A program made the position numbers and the translations under genes. A stretch of 64,000 nucleotides of DNA from Synergistales bacterium. GTDB taxonomy: Bacteria > Synergistota > Synergistia > Synergistales > JAFGMB01. Under the pieces are notes generated by a model. It did no database searches. It was given only the letters and a program-made list of their open reading frames with translations, and was not told the DNA's origin. This document shows positions 10,452-20,470 of this stretch, in pieces; within the stretch, counting starts at the first letter, position 1, and each line of letters starts with the position of its first letter. The DNA lies in NCBI GenBank assembly GCA_963666205.1, contig OY762654.1, positions 1,504,001 to 1,568,000 of the forward strand. Direction: 5' to 3'.

Positions 10452-10641
10452 GAGCTTTTTTTAAAATAAGAGCTTGAATTGTTTTTGACTTCGGGATCTA
10501 ATCCAAAATTGTTCTAGCTGTACTGTGTTTCAGGTCTTGGTTTTAAAGGTTTTGGTTTGGGGTCTTAATCCAAAGTCTAAAATCCAAAATGAACTTAATA
10601 CTTCGCGTTAATGGTTTCCCGGGTTTTGGAATTTACGTTTT

Positions 10642-10674
10642 TAATCCAAAATCCAAAATCTAAAATCCAAAATT
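10642..10674 (+). repeat. Heptamer tandem array (AAAATC[C/T])n, right arm of the inverted repeat
   Basis: taatccaaaatccaaaatctaaaatccaaaatt; partial extra copies near 10499 and 10567. Confidence 0.9.
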
Positions 10675-10752
10675 AGAATGATGCTTTCATCAAAAACAAA
10701 GGAAACAGAAATGCACATGGTTTATGAAGCTTTTCTCTAAAAGGAGACAGGG

Positions 10753-13700
10753 ATGGGAATAATTCGGGCTTTTGTAAGAAGGCCGGTCTTAACAAGCGTA
10801 ACGGTCCTCATGGCTGTATTCATAGGAATATATGCATACTTTGAACTGGGGGTGGAACTCCTTCCCCGGGTGGATATTCCCGTGGTGGTAGTCCAGACCT
10901 CTTACAGGGGAGCCGGTCCCAATGAGATAGAGAATCTCATCTCCAAACCGGTAGAAGATGCCGTAGCACAGGTCGAAGGTGTAAAAAAGATCGAAAGCTA
11001 TTCCGTGGAAGGCATTTCCTTCGTTGTAGCCGATTTTGAATATGATATAAATCTTTCCGAAGCAACCCTGGATGTTTCAAACAGGGTGAAGGCCATAGCA
11101 GGTCTCCTGCCCGATGATGCCGATGATCCCATCGTCGAAAAGTTCGATATAAATGCTCAGCCCTTTATGACCCTGGCAGTACTCTCCTCTGCTCCCCAGG
11201 AAGAAGCCTATACCGTTGTGGAAGACAGGATACAGAGACAGATCACCCAGATAAAAGGTCTCGCAAAGGCAGATATCCTTGGAGGCATAAAAAGGGAGAT
11301 CCATATCTATGTAGACCCATCCTATATGGAACAGTTCGGTATCAACCTGCAGGATCTGACCCGCATTCTTGCTGCGAACAACCTTAATGACCCATCAGGA
11401 CACATTTCCAAGGGGGCAAAGGAGCTTTCCATAAGGGTTCTTGGAGAAGTGGAAGACCCAAAAGAGCTGGAGGATATCAGAATTCCCCTTCAGAACGGGT
11501 ATTCCGTCAGGATAGGCGATTCGCGCGGGTGGTAGACACCACTGAAGAGAGAAGGAGTTTTGCCAGATACAGGGGCAGAAGCGCGATCTTTATCGACTGT
11601 ATCGCCAGCCCCAATGCAAACATAGTAGGAATAAGCGAGAAAATACAGGTAGAACTGGACAGAATAAGGCAGTACATGCCTCCCGGATATGAGATCATAA
11701 TTACCAATGATGAATCTACCTTCATTTCAGAGGCCGTAAGGAACGTTTTCCGCGACATGGGCTTCGGTATACTGCTTACCGCCCTGATACTGTATATGTT
11801 TCTGATGAGATTCTCCGTTACCCTTGTGGTGGCCCTGTCCATGCCTACTGCAGTGGTGGCTACCTTTATTCTCCTCTTCACCAGCGGAACCACCCTTAAC
11901 ATAATGAGTACCCTTGGTTTGGCCATCTCCATCGGAGTTCTTGTAAACAACGCTATTCTCGTGATAGAAAACATCTTCCGTTTTCGTGATATGGGCCTTG
12001 ACGCCATGGAAGCAGCGGAAAAGGGGACCGGTGAAATAGGTCTTTCTGTACTCTCCACGACAGTAACCAACCTGGCCGTCTTTATTCCGGTGGTATTTAT
12101 GGGAGGTATTGTTGGACAGTTTTTCAGCGACTTTGCCATCACAGTCGTATTTGCTACGCTCTTCAGCCTGTGGGTGGCCCTGACATTTACACCCATGGTG
12201 GCTGCACGGATACATTACGGAGAACCTTCGAAGATCAGCAGATTCCTGACGGGATGGTTCCAGTGGATCTACTCTCATTTTGACACTCTTCATCATGTCC
12301 TGGTGAAAAGGACCCTGAGGCATCCCTTTCTGACACTAATCCTTTTCCTCCTTCTTTTTACAGGTTCCATAATGCTGGCCGGATATGTGGGAACGGAATT
12401 CCTCCCGAGGGCTGACCAGGGAGTGGTCACTATGGAGATATCCCTTCCATCGGCGGTATCCCTTGAATATACCGAAATGATAACAAGGCAGGTCGAAGAC
12501 TATGTCACGAAACTTCCCGACATCAAGGCTGTAGAAGTCCTTGCAGGAGGAACCGGAGCCGAACAGGGAGTTAATCAGGCAAGAATAAGGATCTTCATGA
12601 ATGAAAAAAAGGGACGGGTCACAACTTTTGAAATATCGGAAATGGTAAGACCCTTCATGGCCTCCCTTCCCGACGTGACCTCTGTGATAAGTGCTTCAAC
12701 AAGCGGAGGCCCTCCTGGCAGAGCTCTCCAGATAGGTGTAATAGGAGACGAGATCGAAGAACTGGACAGGATATCCCAAAAAATGCTGAACATCATGAGA
12801 GCTACTCCGGGTATAGTGGATGCCGATGTAAACTGGGAACTCGGCCGCCCCGAAATTACCCTTCAGGCAAACCGTTGGAGGCTGGCCCAGCTGGACCTGA
12901 GCGTTTCGGAACTTGCAGATACGTCAAGAACCTACGTTACAGGCAAAGATGCCGGTGTCTTCCGTACAGGAGGAAAGGAATACGATATCCTTGTCAGGCT
13001 TGAACCATCCAAAGTAGATAATGTTTTTGACCTTCCAGGCCTCCCTGTTCCTACAAAGAGCGGTTTCGTTCCCCTGGGTGTGGTTGCCAACGTGGGATAC
13101 AGCCTGGGTCCCACCACAATCCTTCGAAAGGACAGGAACCGCTACATGGCCGTTGATGCCGACGTATCTGGAATAACCGTCGGAGAGGCCTTCAACCAGG
13201 TTCTGCCGAAGATCCAACAGATAGAACTTCCTCCCGGCTACAGGTTCGACTTTGCCGGTGAAGTGGAAAGCATTCAGGAGAACTTCAGATTCATGTTCCT
13301 GGCATTTGGAATGGCTGTGGTGCTGACATTCATGGTCATTGCAGCTATCCTGGAATCCTACCTGTTCTCTTTCATAATAATGCTCACCATACCCCTTTCA
13401 GCCATTGGGGTTATCCCTCTCCTTTTCATAACAGACATAGCTGTTTCCGTATATGGACTTCTGGGAGTAATCATGCTTGTGGGACTTGTGGTTAACAATG
13501 CCATAGTCATAATCGACTATGCTGAAAGACAGCGCAGAAATGGACTGAAACCCTACGATGCCATCCTTGAGGCTTGCCAGGTAAGGCTTCGGCCCATCGT
13601 CATGGCAGACATAACCTCCATCATCGCCATGCTGCCACTGGCCCTGGGACTGGGAGCTGGTGGTCCCTTCCGTCAGCCCATGGCCATAGTCGTAATAGGA

Positions 13701-13802
13701 GGTCTGCTTGCCGGCGGGACCCTTGCCCTCTTCGTTATCCCTCCAGTTTACGAAAGGGTCTGGGCCTTCCGTGAATGGCATCAGAACCGCAAGCCACGCT
13801 GA
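10753..13802 (+). pseudogene. RND (AcrB-family) efflux permease split by a single-base frameshift near 11521
   Basis: ORFs 10753-11535 and 11529-13802 are consecutive parts of one AcrB-type protein; restoring one base after GAT(11518-20) gives IGD-x-ARVVDT; could be an assembly error. Confidence 0.8.
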
Positions 13803-13922
13803 TCTCCAGAATTCTCTATTCTTGAAGTCCAGTTTCAGAACTGTTTGCTCAACTTCTGGTTCCTTACTTTTCTGTTAAAAAAGGATATACTCAGTCTGCA
13901 ACCAATGTAAGGAGGGATATAT

Positions 13923-14864
13923 ATGCTTGTTTTCGGACCTGTACCATCAAGAAGGCTGGGGAAGAGCCTTGGGATAAACCATATTCCGCCAAAGACCTGT
14001 CCCTACTCATGCATCTACTGCCAGGTAGGCAGGACCAACTCCATGATCGTAGACCGCAAAGCCTTTTACGATCCGGAAATTGTGGTTGCCGAGGTTAAAA
14101 ATAAAATTACCCTTTCAAGAGAAAAGAATGAACAGATAGATTACCTTACCTTCGTTCCCGACGGGGAGCCAACCCTTGATATAAATCTGGGCCTTATGGC
14201 TGGCATGCTCAAAGATACCGGTATCCCCCTGGCCACCATATCCAACGGTTCTCTCATATGGATGGAAGACGTCCAGGCCGACCTGCAAAAACTGGACTGG
14301 GTTTCACTCAAAACCGATTCGGTGGTAAAGGATGCATGGAAAAGAGTTGACCGTCCCCATGGAAAGCTGGACCTGAGAAAAATACTGGATGGTTACCTTG
14401 AGTTTTCCGAAAAATTCGAAGGGAAACTGAACACAGAGACCATGCTGGTGAAGGGCGTAAACGACTCGGAATATTCCCTTAACGAAACTGCCGCCTTCCT
14501 GGCCGAGTTAAACCCCGACATAGCTTACATCTCCATTCCCACCAGGCCTCCCGCAGAAGAGAAGGTCCTTCCAGCTGATGAAGAGACTTTAAACAGAGCC
14601 TTTCATATCTTCTCTGAGAAATTGAACAAGGTGGAACTGCTCTTCGGTTACGAAGGAAACGAATTCGCCGCCACGGGAAATGCAGCCGAGGATATCCTGA
14701 GCATTACGGCAGTCCACCCAATGAGATCCGATGCGGTTGAGGAACTGCTGAAGAACTCGGGAGAAAACTGGAGTGTTGTAAAACAGCTGGTCTCTGAAGG
14801 AAAACTGCTCGAATTGCCCTACCGGGAAAAAGTCTTTTATTTGAGATCCATGAAGAAGGGCTAA
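13923..14864 (+). CDS. Radical SAM protein (FGPVPSRRLG.SLG family)
   Basis: CPYSCIYC CxxxCxxC motif, DGEPTL. Confidence 0.9.
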   Translation: MLVFGPVPSRRLGKSLGINHIPPKTCPYSCIYCQVGRTNSMIVDRKAFYDPEIVVAEVKNKITLSREKNEQIDYLTFVPDGEPTLDINLGLMAGMLKDTGIPLATISNGSLIWMEDVQADLQKLDWVSLKTDSVVKDAWKRVDRPHGKLDLRKILDGYLEFSEKFEGKLNTETMLVKGVNDSEYSLNETAAFLAELNPDIAYISIPTRPPAEEKVLPADEETLNRAFHIFSEKLNKVELLFGYEGNEFAATGNAAEDILSITAVHPMRSDAVEELLKNSGENWSVVKQLVSEGKLLELPYREKVFYLRSMKKG

Positions 14865-14920
14865 GACAAAGCTAACATTAAATCCCCAAATATCTGCTAC
14901 ATAGTATCTGGAGTAAGCTC

Positions 14921-16117
14921 TTATCTCGACGAGAGATATTCCCTTCTGTACCAGTCGATATACCAGTTAAGGAATTGCCTGTGTTTTTCTCTGCTCTCCG
15001 GTAAAATATTTACAGCCAGTTCATACATTCTATCCCACATATTCCTGCTTGCTATAGGAATAGACAGACTGGAGAGGTTTTCCCTGATCACTTCGATGAA
15101 AGGCTCAGGAACAGGGAAGCCCCAATCTGAAGGATCTTCGCCATGAATCAACAGCGATACGATCCCTCTTAAACATTTTTCACAAAGGGCACAGTTCTTT
15201 ACAGCGTTACCACTCATGCTATCCAGACAGACCCTCATAAAAAGCTTATCCTTTCCCGGGTTGTCCCTGCAAAAATTTATTATGAATTGGACTTTGTCCA
15301 CCCAGAAAGAATTCATTCCTTCCGCAAATACCCTGATACCGCTAACTTTAAGCCTTGGTTCAAGAAAAGGATGGGCTCCCCATGGCACATTATATGACAC
15401 TTTCTTCGCTACAGAAGAGGAGAAAATAACTGTATTCCAACCATTAAAAACAGCAAGAGGAAAAGCCAGTCCTGCTAATCCAAGTCCATGCTGCACCATT
15501 CCATACCATGGTTTGAGAACGGGATATTTTTTATGTATATCTCCACACCGCAGAAGTCCAAAGACATTTGCGCTTACCCTGATCGACCTGAAAGTAAACC
15601 GGGAGGCAAAAGAATCCACCTGGCTACAGACGGTCTCCCATGCCAGGTCATTATTCAGTGCAATGTCGTGACCGCGTACGGTAAGAAGCACAGTTTTGCC
15701 GGGATCGACATTGAGAGCCGAATAGGTGGAATCCACCCCTCCTGAAAAGAAAAGTACCTGGGACAGGTCTGTCGTATTTTCTCTCATGGGGACAGAAGTT
15801 AAAGTTTCAGGAATAAGCCGGCCCTCCCATGGAACATTCGGATAAAGGGTCCGAAATCCTTCCCGGACCAGTTCAAGGCTGGAAAAAAGATCCTTATCCA
15901 TAAAATCCACCTTATATGTTCCGCCAAGAAACCAGAGAAGGGGAATTACATTCAGCAGAAAAGGTGTGATGACTATTGAAGGATGCAGTTCCCGGAGGTC
16001 AATATCTGCATCGTATTCTATGGTTAAAGGCTGTCTCATTCTTTTAATCAGTGGATCCCCCTGAAAGACTGTAGCTTTTTTCTCGCTTATATCAATATGG
16101 GAAATAATATTATCCAT
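14921..16117 (-). CDS. PP-loop (adenine nucleotide alpha-hydrolase-like) ATPase, paralog 1
   Basis: FFSGGVDS PP-loop, WG.HP, C-x10-C-x2-C-EKC Cys cluster. Confidence 0.75.
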   Translation of the reverse strand: MDNIISHIDISEKKATVFQGDPLIKRMRQPLTIEYDADIDLRELHPSIVITPFLLNVIPLLWFLGGTYKVDFMDKDLFSSLELVREGFRTLYPNVPWEGRLIPETLTSVPMRENTTDLSQVLFFSGGVDSTYSALNVDPGKTVLLTVRGHDIALNNDLAWETVCSQVDSFASRFTFRSIRVSANVFGLLRCGDIHKKYPVLKPWYGMVQHGLGLAGLAFPLAVFNGWNTVIFSSSVAKKVSYNVPWGAHPFLEPRLKVSGIRVFAEGMNSFWVDKVQFIINFCRDNPGKDKLFMRVCLDSMSGNAVKNCALCEKCLRGIVSLLIHGEDPSDWGFPVPEPFIEVIRENLSSLSIPIASRNMWDRMYELAVNILPESREKHRQFLNWYIDWYRREYLSSR

Positions 16118-16191
16118 TCTCGATCAAGTTCTCCTATTGTATAACTGCTCTCTGATTCCCAACCTTTCAGGCAAAAGAATTACAGATAATT

Positions 16192-17439
16192 TTAGCTACT
16201 GGCCTTGCTGGATGAACAAGGATAAATTTTCTCCGTCTGAAAAATGTACTTCTTTTCGTACCAGTTCGTAAACCAGTTGATGAATTCTCTATGTTCTCCC
16301 CTGATTTCCGGAAAAGCCGACAAAACCTGTAGGGCCACCTTGTGGATGCGGTCCCAGATATATTTGTTAGATCGTGGAATAGTCATGGTTAAAAGACAGT
16401 TCTTCAGGCTGTTGAATACAGGATCCGGGACAGGAAAGCCCCAGTCAGAAGGATCTTCAAACTTGATCATCAATGAAACTATCCCTCTTAAACATTTCTC
16501 ACAAAGAGTGCAGTTCCCTATTGCATTTCCATTCATGTCATCCAGACATATTCTCAAAAAAGGCCTTGCCACTCCTGGATTACTGCTGAAAAAATCGACA
16601 ATGGCCAGAACTTTATCGACCCAGAATAGCTCTGTTCCCTCTGAAATAACCTTAACTCCATTAACTTTAAGCCTGGGTTCAAGAAAAGGATGGGATCCCC
16701 AGGGAACATGGGTAACCTGCTCTCCGACGGAAGAAGAAAAAATGACATTATCCCAGCTGTTATAAACAGCAAGAGGGAAAGCCAGCCCCGCTAATCCCGA
16801 CCCATGTTGAACCATTCCATACCATGGTTTTAAAACGGGGTATTCTTTATGTATATCTCCACATCGTAAAAGGCGGAACACGTTAGCCCTTACCCTGGCG
16901 GTTCTGAAATTGAAGGCGGAGGCAAAGCTGTTCACATGGGAACATACTGTATCCCATGCCAGGTCATTATTCATGGCAATATCGTGACCACGTACGGTCA
17001 GAAGGACCGTTTTGCCAGGGTCAACATTGAGAGCCGAATAAGTAGAATCTACTCCTCCTGAAAAGAAAAGAACCTGGGACAGGTCTGTGTTATTTTTTCT
17101 CCTGGGAACAGAAGTTAAAGTATCAGGAACAAGCCGGCCTTCCCAGGGAACATTCGGATAAAGGGTCCTGAAGCCTTCCTTGATCTGTTCCAGAGTACTG
17201 AACATGTCTTCATCCATGGAATTTACTGTACAGGTTCCACCAAGAAACCAGAGAAGGGGAATTACATTAAGCAGAAAGGGGGTGATCACTATTGAAGGAT
17301 CCAGTTCCCGGAGGTCAATATCTGCATCGTACTCTATTGTGAAGGGCTGTCTCATCCGCTCAGCAAGAGGAGTTCCCGGAAATACTGTGGCTTTTTTCTC
17401 GCTTACATCAATGTTGGTAATAATGTTATTTATTCTCAA
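16192..17439 (-). CDS. PP-loop ATPase, paralog 2
   Basis: Same motifs as paralog 1; TTG start. Confidence 0.75.
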   Translation of the reverse strand: MRINNIITNIDVSEKKATVFPGTPLAERMRQPFTIEYDADIDLRELDPSIVITPFLLNVIPLLWFLGGTCTVNSMDEDMFSTLEQIKEGFRTLYPNVPWEGRLVPDTLTSVPRRKNNTDLSQVLFFSGGVDSTYSALNVDPGKTVLLTVRGHDIAMNNDLAWDTVCSHVNSFASAFNFRTARVRANVFRLLRCGDIHKEYPVLKPWYGMVQHGSGLAGLAFPLAVYNSWDNVIFSSSVGEQVTHVPWGSHPFLEPRLKVNGVKVISEGTELFWVDKVLAIVDFFSSNPGVARPFLRICLDDMNGNAIGNCTLCEKCLRGIVSLMIKFEDPSDWGFPVPDPVFNSLKNCLLTMTIPRSNKYIWDRIHKVALQVLSAFPEIRGEHREFINWFTNWYEKKYIFQTEKIYPCSSSKASS

Positions 17440-17545
17440 TAAATTTTCCTGCCTGTATCTCAGATATATAGTCTCTATGGTTCACTAATGATGAATAACC
17501 TTCATTACAGTTTCCCTCTTAACAAAACCGATCATGTCTTCGTAC

Positions 17546-18739
17546 TTAAATTATATATTGATTTTCATACCAATTAACAAACCAGTTGAAGAACTGTCTG
17601 TATTCTCCTCTACTTTCCGTTAAAGCTCTTGAAGCCAGAGCATGGATGCGATCCCACTCATATATATTGAACTCGGGAATTGTCATATATAACAGAGAGT
17701 TCTGTACAGCACCAAATAAGGGACTCTCCACAGAAAATCCCCATTCTGAAGGATCCTCAGACCTTACCATAAGGGAAACGATCCCCCTCAGACATTTCTC
17801 ACAAAGGGTGCAATTCTTGACAGGATTGCCGTTCATGTCATCCAGACAGGTTCTAATAAAAGGTTTATTCATCTCCGGATTATTCCTGTAAAAATCGACA
17901 ATGCCTAATACTTTGTCAGCCCATAAAAGTTCATTACCCTCTGATATCACCTTAATACCATTCGCTTTGAGCCTTGGTTCAAGAAAGGGGTGAGATCCCC
18001 AGGAAACATGGGTTGTTTTTTCATCTATAGATGAAGAAAATATTATTCTTTCCCAACCATGATAAACAGACAGGGGAAAGGCCAGACCCGCTAATCCCGA
18101 CCCATGTTGAACCATTCCATACCATGGTTTCAATTCAGGGTGTTCCTTGTGTATATCTCCACATCTTAAAAGTCCAAAAACATTTGCACTGGCCCTCGCA
18201 GTCCTGAAGTTAAAAGTTGAGGCAAAATCGTTCACCTGTGAACATACTGTTTTCCAGGCTTTGTCATTATTCAGTGCTATATCATGACCTCGTATTGTAA
18301 GAAGTACCGTTTTGCCGGGATCGACATTGAGAGCAGAATAGGTGGAATCCACCCCTCCTGAAAAGAAAAGTACCTGGGACAGGTCTGTGTTATTTTTTCT
18401 CCTGGGAACAGAAATTAAAGTTTCCGGAATAAGCTGGCCTTTCCAGGGTATATTCGGATAAAGGATTCGGAATCCATTCCGAACGAGCTCAAGGCTGGAG
18501 AAAAGATCCTCATCCATGGAATCCACCTTATATGTTCCACCCAGAAACCAGAGAAGGGGAATAACATTGAGGAGAAAGGGAGTTATAACAATCGAGAGAT
18601 CCAGTTCCCGGAGGTCAATATCTGCATCGTACTCTATTGTGAAGGGCTGTCTCATCCGCTCAGCAAGAGGAGTTCCCGGAAATACTGTGGCTTTTTTCTC
18701 GCTTACATCAATGTTGGAAATAATGTTAGACAGATTCAA
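17546..18739 (-). CDS. PP-loop ATPase, paralog 3
   Basis: Same motifs; homology to the paralogs begins at TTG 18739 (GGAGAG RBS upstream), so the 19045 start in the ORF track is over-extended. Confidence 0.75.
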   Translation of the reverse strand: MNLSNIISNIDVSEKKATVFPGTPLAERMRQPFTIEYDADIDLRELDLSIVITPFLLNVIPLLWFLGGTYKVDSMDEDLFSSLELVRNGFRILYPNIPWKGQLIPETLISVPRRKNNTDLSQVLFFSGGVDSTYSALNVDPGKTVLLTIRGHDIALNNDKAWKTVCSQVNDFASTFNFRTARASANVFGLLRCGDIHKEHPELKPWYGMVQHGSGLAGLAFPLSVYHGWERIIFSSSIDEKTTHVSWGSHPFLEPRLKANGIKVISEGNELLWADKVLGIVDFYRNNPEMNKPFIRTCLDDMNGNPVKNCTLCEKCLRGIVSLMVRSEDPSEWGFSVESPLFGAVQNSLLYMTIPEFNIYEWDRIHALASRALTESRGEYRQFFNWFVNWYENQYII

Positions 18740-18936
18740 AGAATGTTTCTCTCCATTTCTTGATATCACAGGATGAGACTTTTTTCTGCAGTAAACATGA
18801 ATTATTATTATAATATATGAAATTCCGGCAGTACAAGCTGAGACAAACACCAGGTCCGGAGTAAGAATATCCCTGTAATTGTCCTTGGCAAGTATAAATG
18901 CTTCTGACAATTGAGAAAAGCGAGTGATGGACCATT

Positions 18937-20106
18937 CTGGATATAAAAGATGTTGAAAAGGAACCACGTTCCCCTTCTCCTGAAATCTCCGTTGATAAAG
19001 ATTTTCTTTCCCGTAAGGATTGGGGAAAAATTCTTCTCTCTGCATGGGAAAAAACCTTTTCAGGACGCAGGATCAACATAGCTGATGATTTTTTTGACCT
19101 TGTAGGGACCGATTCTGCAGCCGTTCTCGGGATCAGGATGAGGAAACATATGGAAGAGATCTCAGGAAGGGATTTCTACCTTTCTCTTCTTTTTGAAAAT
19201 CCTACAATTGAAAGTCTTTCTTCGGCACTTGAACAACGGCAACAGGGCCCTGAAAAATGGCCAACCCTCGTGAAGATCAAGGATGGAGATGAAGCCTTTC
19301 CTCTCTTCTGCTGCCATCCCATAGAGGGGAATGCCATCTGGTATATGGAAATGGCAAGGGCACTGCCTTCATGGCAAAAGGTATATGGACTGGAAGCACC
19401 TGGTCTGGATAAAGTGCAGTTTCCCCTTTTCACCATGGAGGATCTGGCTGTATTCCATATTAAGGAAATGAAGAAGGTGCAACCCCATGGCCCATATTTT
19501 CTAACCGGTTATTCCTTTGGGGGCCTTTTAGCATTTGAAGTGGCCCGCCAACTTGAATGCTCAGGAGATAATGTAGGGTTACTGGCTATTATTGACCGGT
19601 CAAAACCTGTGGCCGCCCCTAAAATAGCGGGTGGAGCGATCTGTCCTGCTGAATTAGCCTGCGAAAGGGGAACTTCTTTTTCGGACCGCTTCCATTCTCA
19701 CTGGTACTGGACCAATAAATGGATAAGAATGGAGTTCCGGAAATCTCTGGCTTCCTTTATGCGGATTTTTAATCCCAGGATTCCCTTCATGCGAAAAATA
19801 ATGAGGGATGTTTCATATTTTATGATGATGTTATATCAACCAGCTTCTGTTTATAAGGGTGATATTCTCCTGTTACGCCAGGAACCGGAGAAGAGACCCT
19901 CTAACAGACAGGCAGAACGCTATAATCGGGAAGACTACGGATGGAGCGATCATGTCTGTGGCAAAATACAGATAAGGCATATCCCGGGAGAAGATCATCA
20001 GGGTCTTATGAACAGACCCTATGCTGCCGTTATATCTTCAATGATCGAGGAAGCCCTGGAAGACGCCAGAGACAGATATTGCCAAAAGTCAGATCCAAGA
20101 GAATAA
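18937..20106 (+). CDS. Stand-alone carrier protein (PCP-like) + type I thioesterase didomain
   Basis: The frame is open from 18928: W..TFSGRRINIADDFFDLVGTDS..LFENPTIESL (carrier domain), then GYSFGG nucleophile and C-terminal GEDH His; no ATG/GTG/TTG before 19138, so the start (CTG 18937?) is uncertain. Confidence 0.75.
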   Translation: MDIKDVEKEPRSPSPEISVDKDFLSRKDWGKILLSAWEKTFSGRRINIADDFFDLVGTDSAAVLGIRMRKHMEEISGRDFYLSLLFENPTIESLSSALEQRQQGPEKWPTLVKIKDGDEAFPLFCCHPIEGNAIWYMEMARALPSWQKVYGLEAPGLDKVQFPLFTMEDLAVFHIKEMKKVQPHGPYFLTGYSFGGLLAFEVARQLECSGDNVGLLAIIDRSKPVAAPKIAGGAICPAELACERGTSFSDRFHSHWYWTNKWIRMEFRKSLASFMRIFNPRIPFMRKIMRDVSYFMMMLYQPASVYKGDILLLRQEPEKRPSNRQAERYNREDYGWSDHVCGKIQIRHIPGEDHQGLMNRPYAAVISSMIEEALEDARDRYCQKSDPRE

Positions 20107-20179
20107 TTCATTACTCAAAGTGAATAATCAATAATAAAAATAAACAGAAGGGCCGATCTAACCTGGCCTTACTGTAATT

Positions 20180-20470
20180 TTAAGAACATTCCCCACAGGA
20201 GGTACAATCACCCGGACAGCTGGTATGTCCTTCTTCAAGGTCAGCCAGGACAGGAAGATAAAGATCCAGGATCTCCTGGATGTCTCCTGCACATCAGGTC
20301 CCGGAAGGATTCATTACCGGGCAGTTATCTCCGGTACAGGCTCCGGTGATCCTCTTTATATCCTCAAGGGTGCGTGCCCCATCTATGGTTATGGCTGAAA
20401 GGATCTGCATCTTGTTGACATTCTTGCAATAACAGACTGTTGCGGCGCCGCCTTTTTCAAGCCATGACAT
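20180..20470 (-). CDS. BFD-like [2Fe-2S]-binding protein with in-frame UGA at a Cys position (candidate selenoprotein), 96 aa; absent from the ORF track
   Basis: MSWLEKGGAATVCYCKNV...GACTGDNCPVMNPSGT-U-CAGDIQEIL...CPGDCTSCGECS; RBS AGGGGG; SECIS-like hairpin 12 nt after the UGA. Confidence 0.8.
20264..20281 (-). promoter_or_regulatory. Candidate bacterial SECIS hairpin
   Basis: ATCCAGG-AGAT-CCTGGAT perfect 7-bp stem starting 12 nt downstream of the TGA at 20296-20294. Confidence 0.65.

Noticed and set aside
9903-10674. CRISPR array
   Set aside because: Units are 7-mers without unique spacers, and there are no cas genes.
14921-18739. QueC or QatC/defence-system call for the PP-loop proteins
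   Set aside because: About 400 aa with a different N-terminal domain, and no que genes or qatA/B/D partners nearby; only the PP-loop and Cys cluster are shared.
18740-19045. 102-aa N-terminal extension of paralog 3 in the ORF track
   Set aside because: No counterpart in the other paralogs, overlaps the carrier domain on the opposite strand, and there is a good RBS+TTG at 18739.
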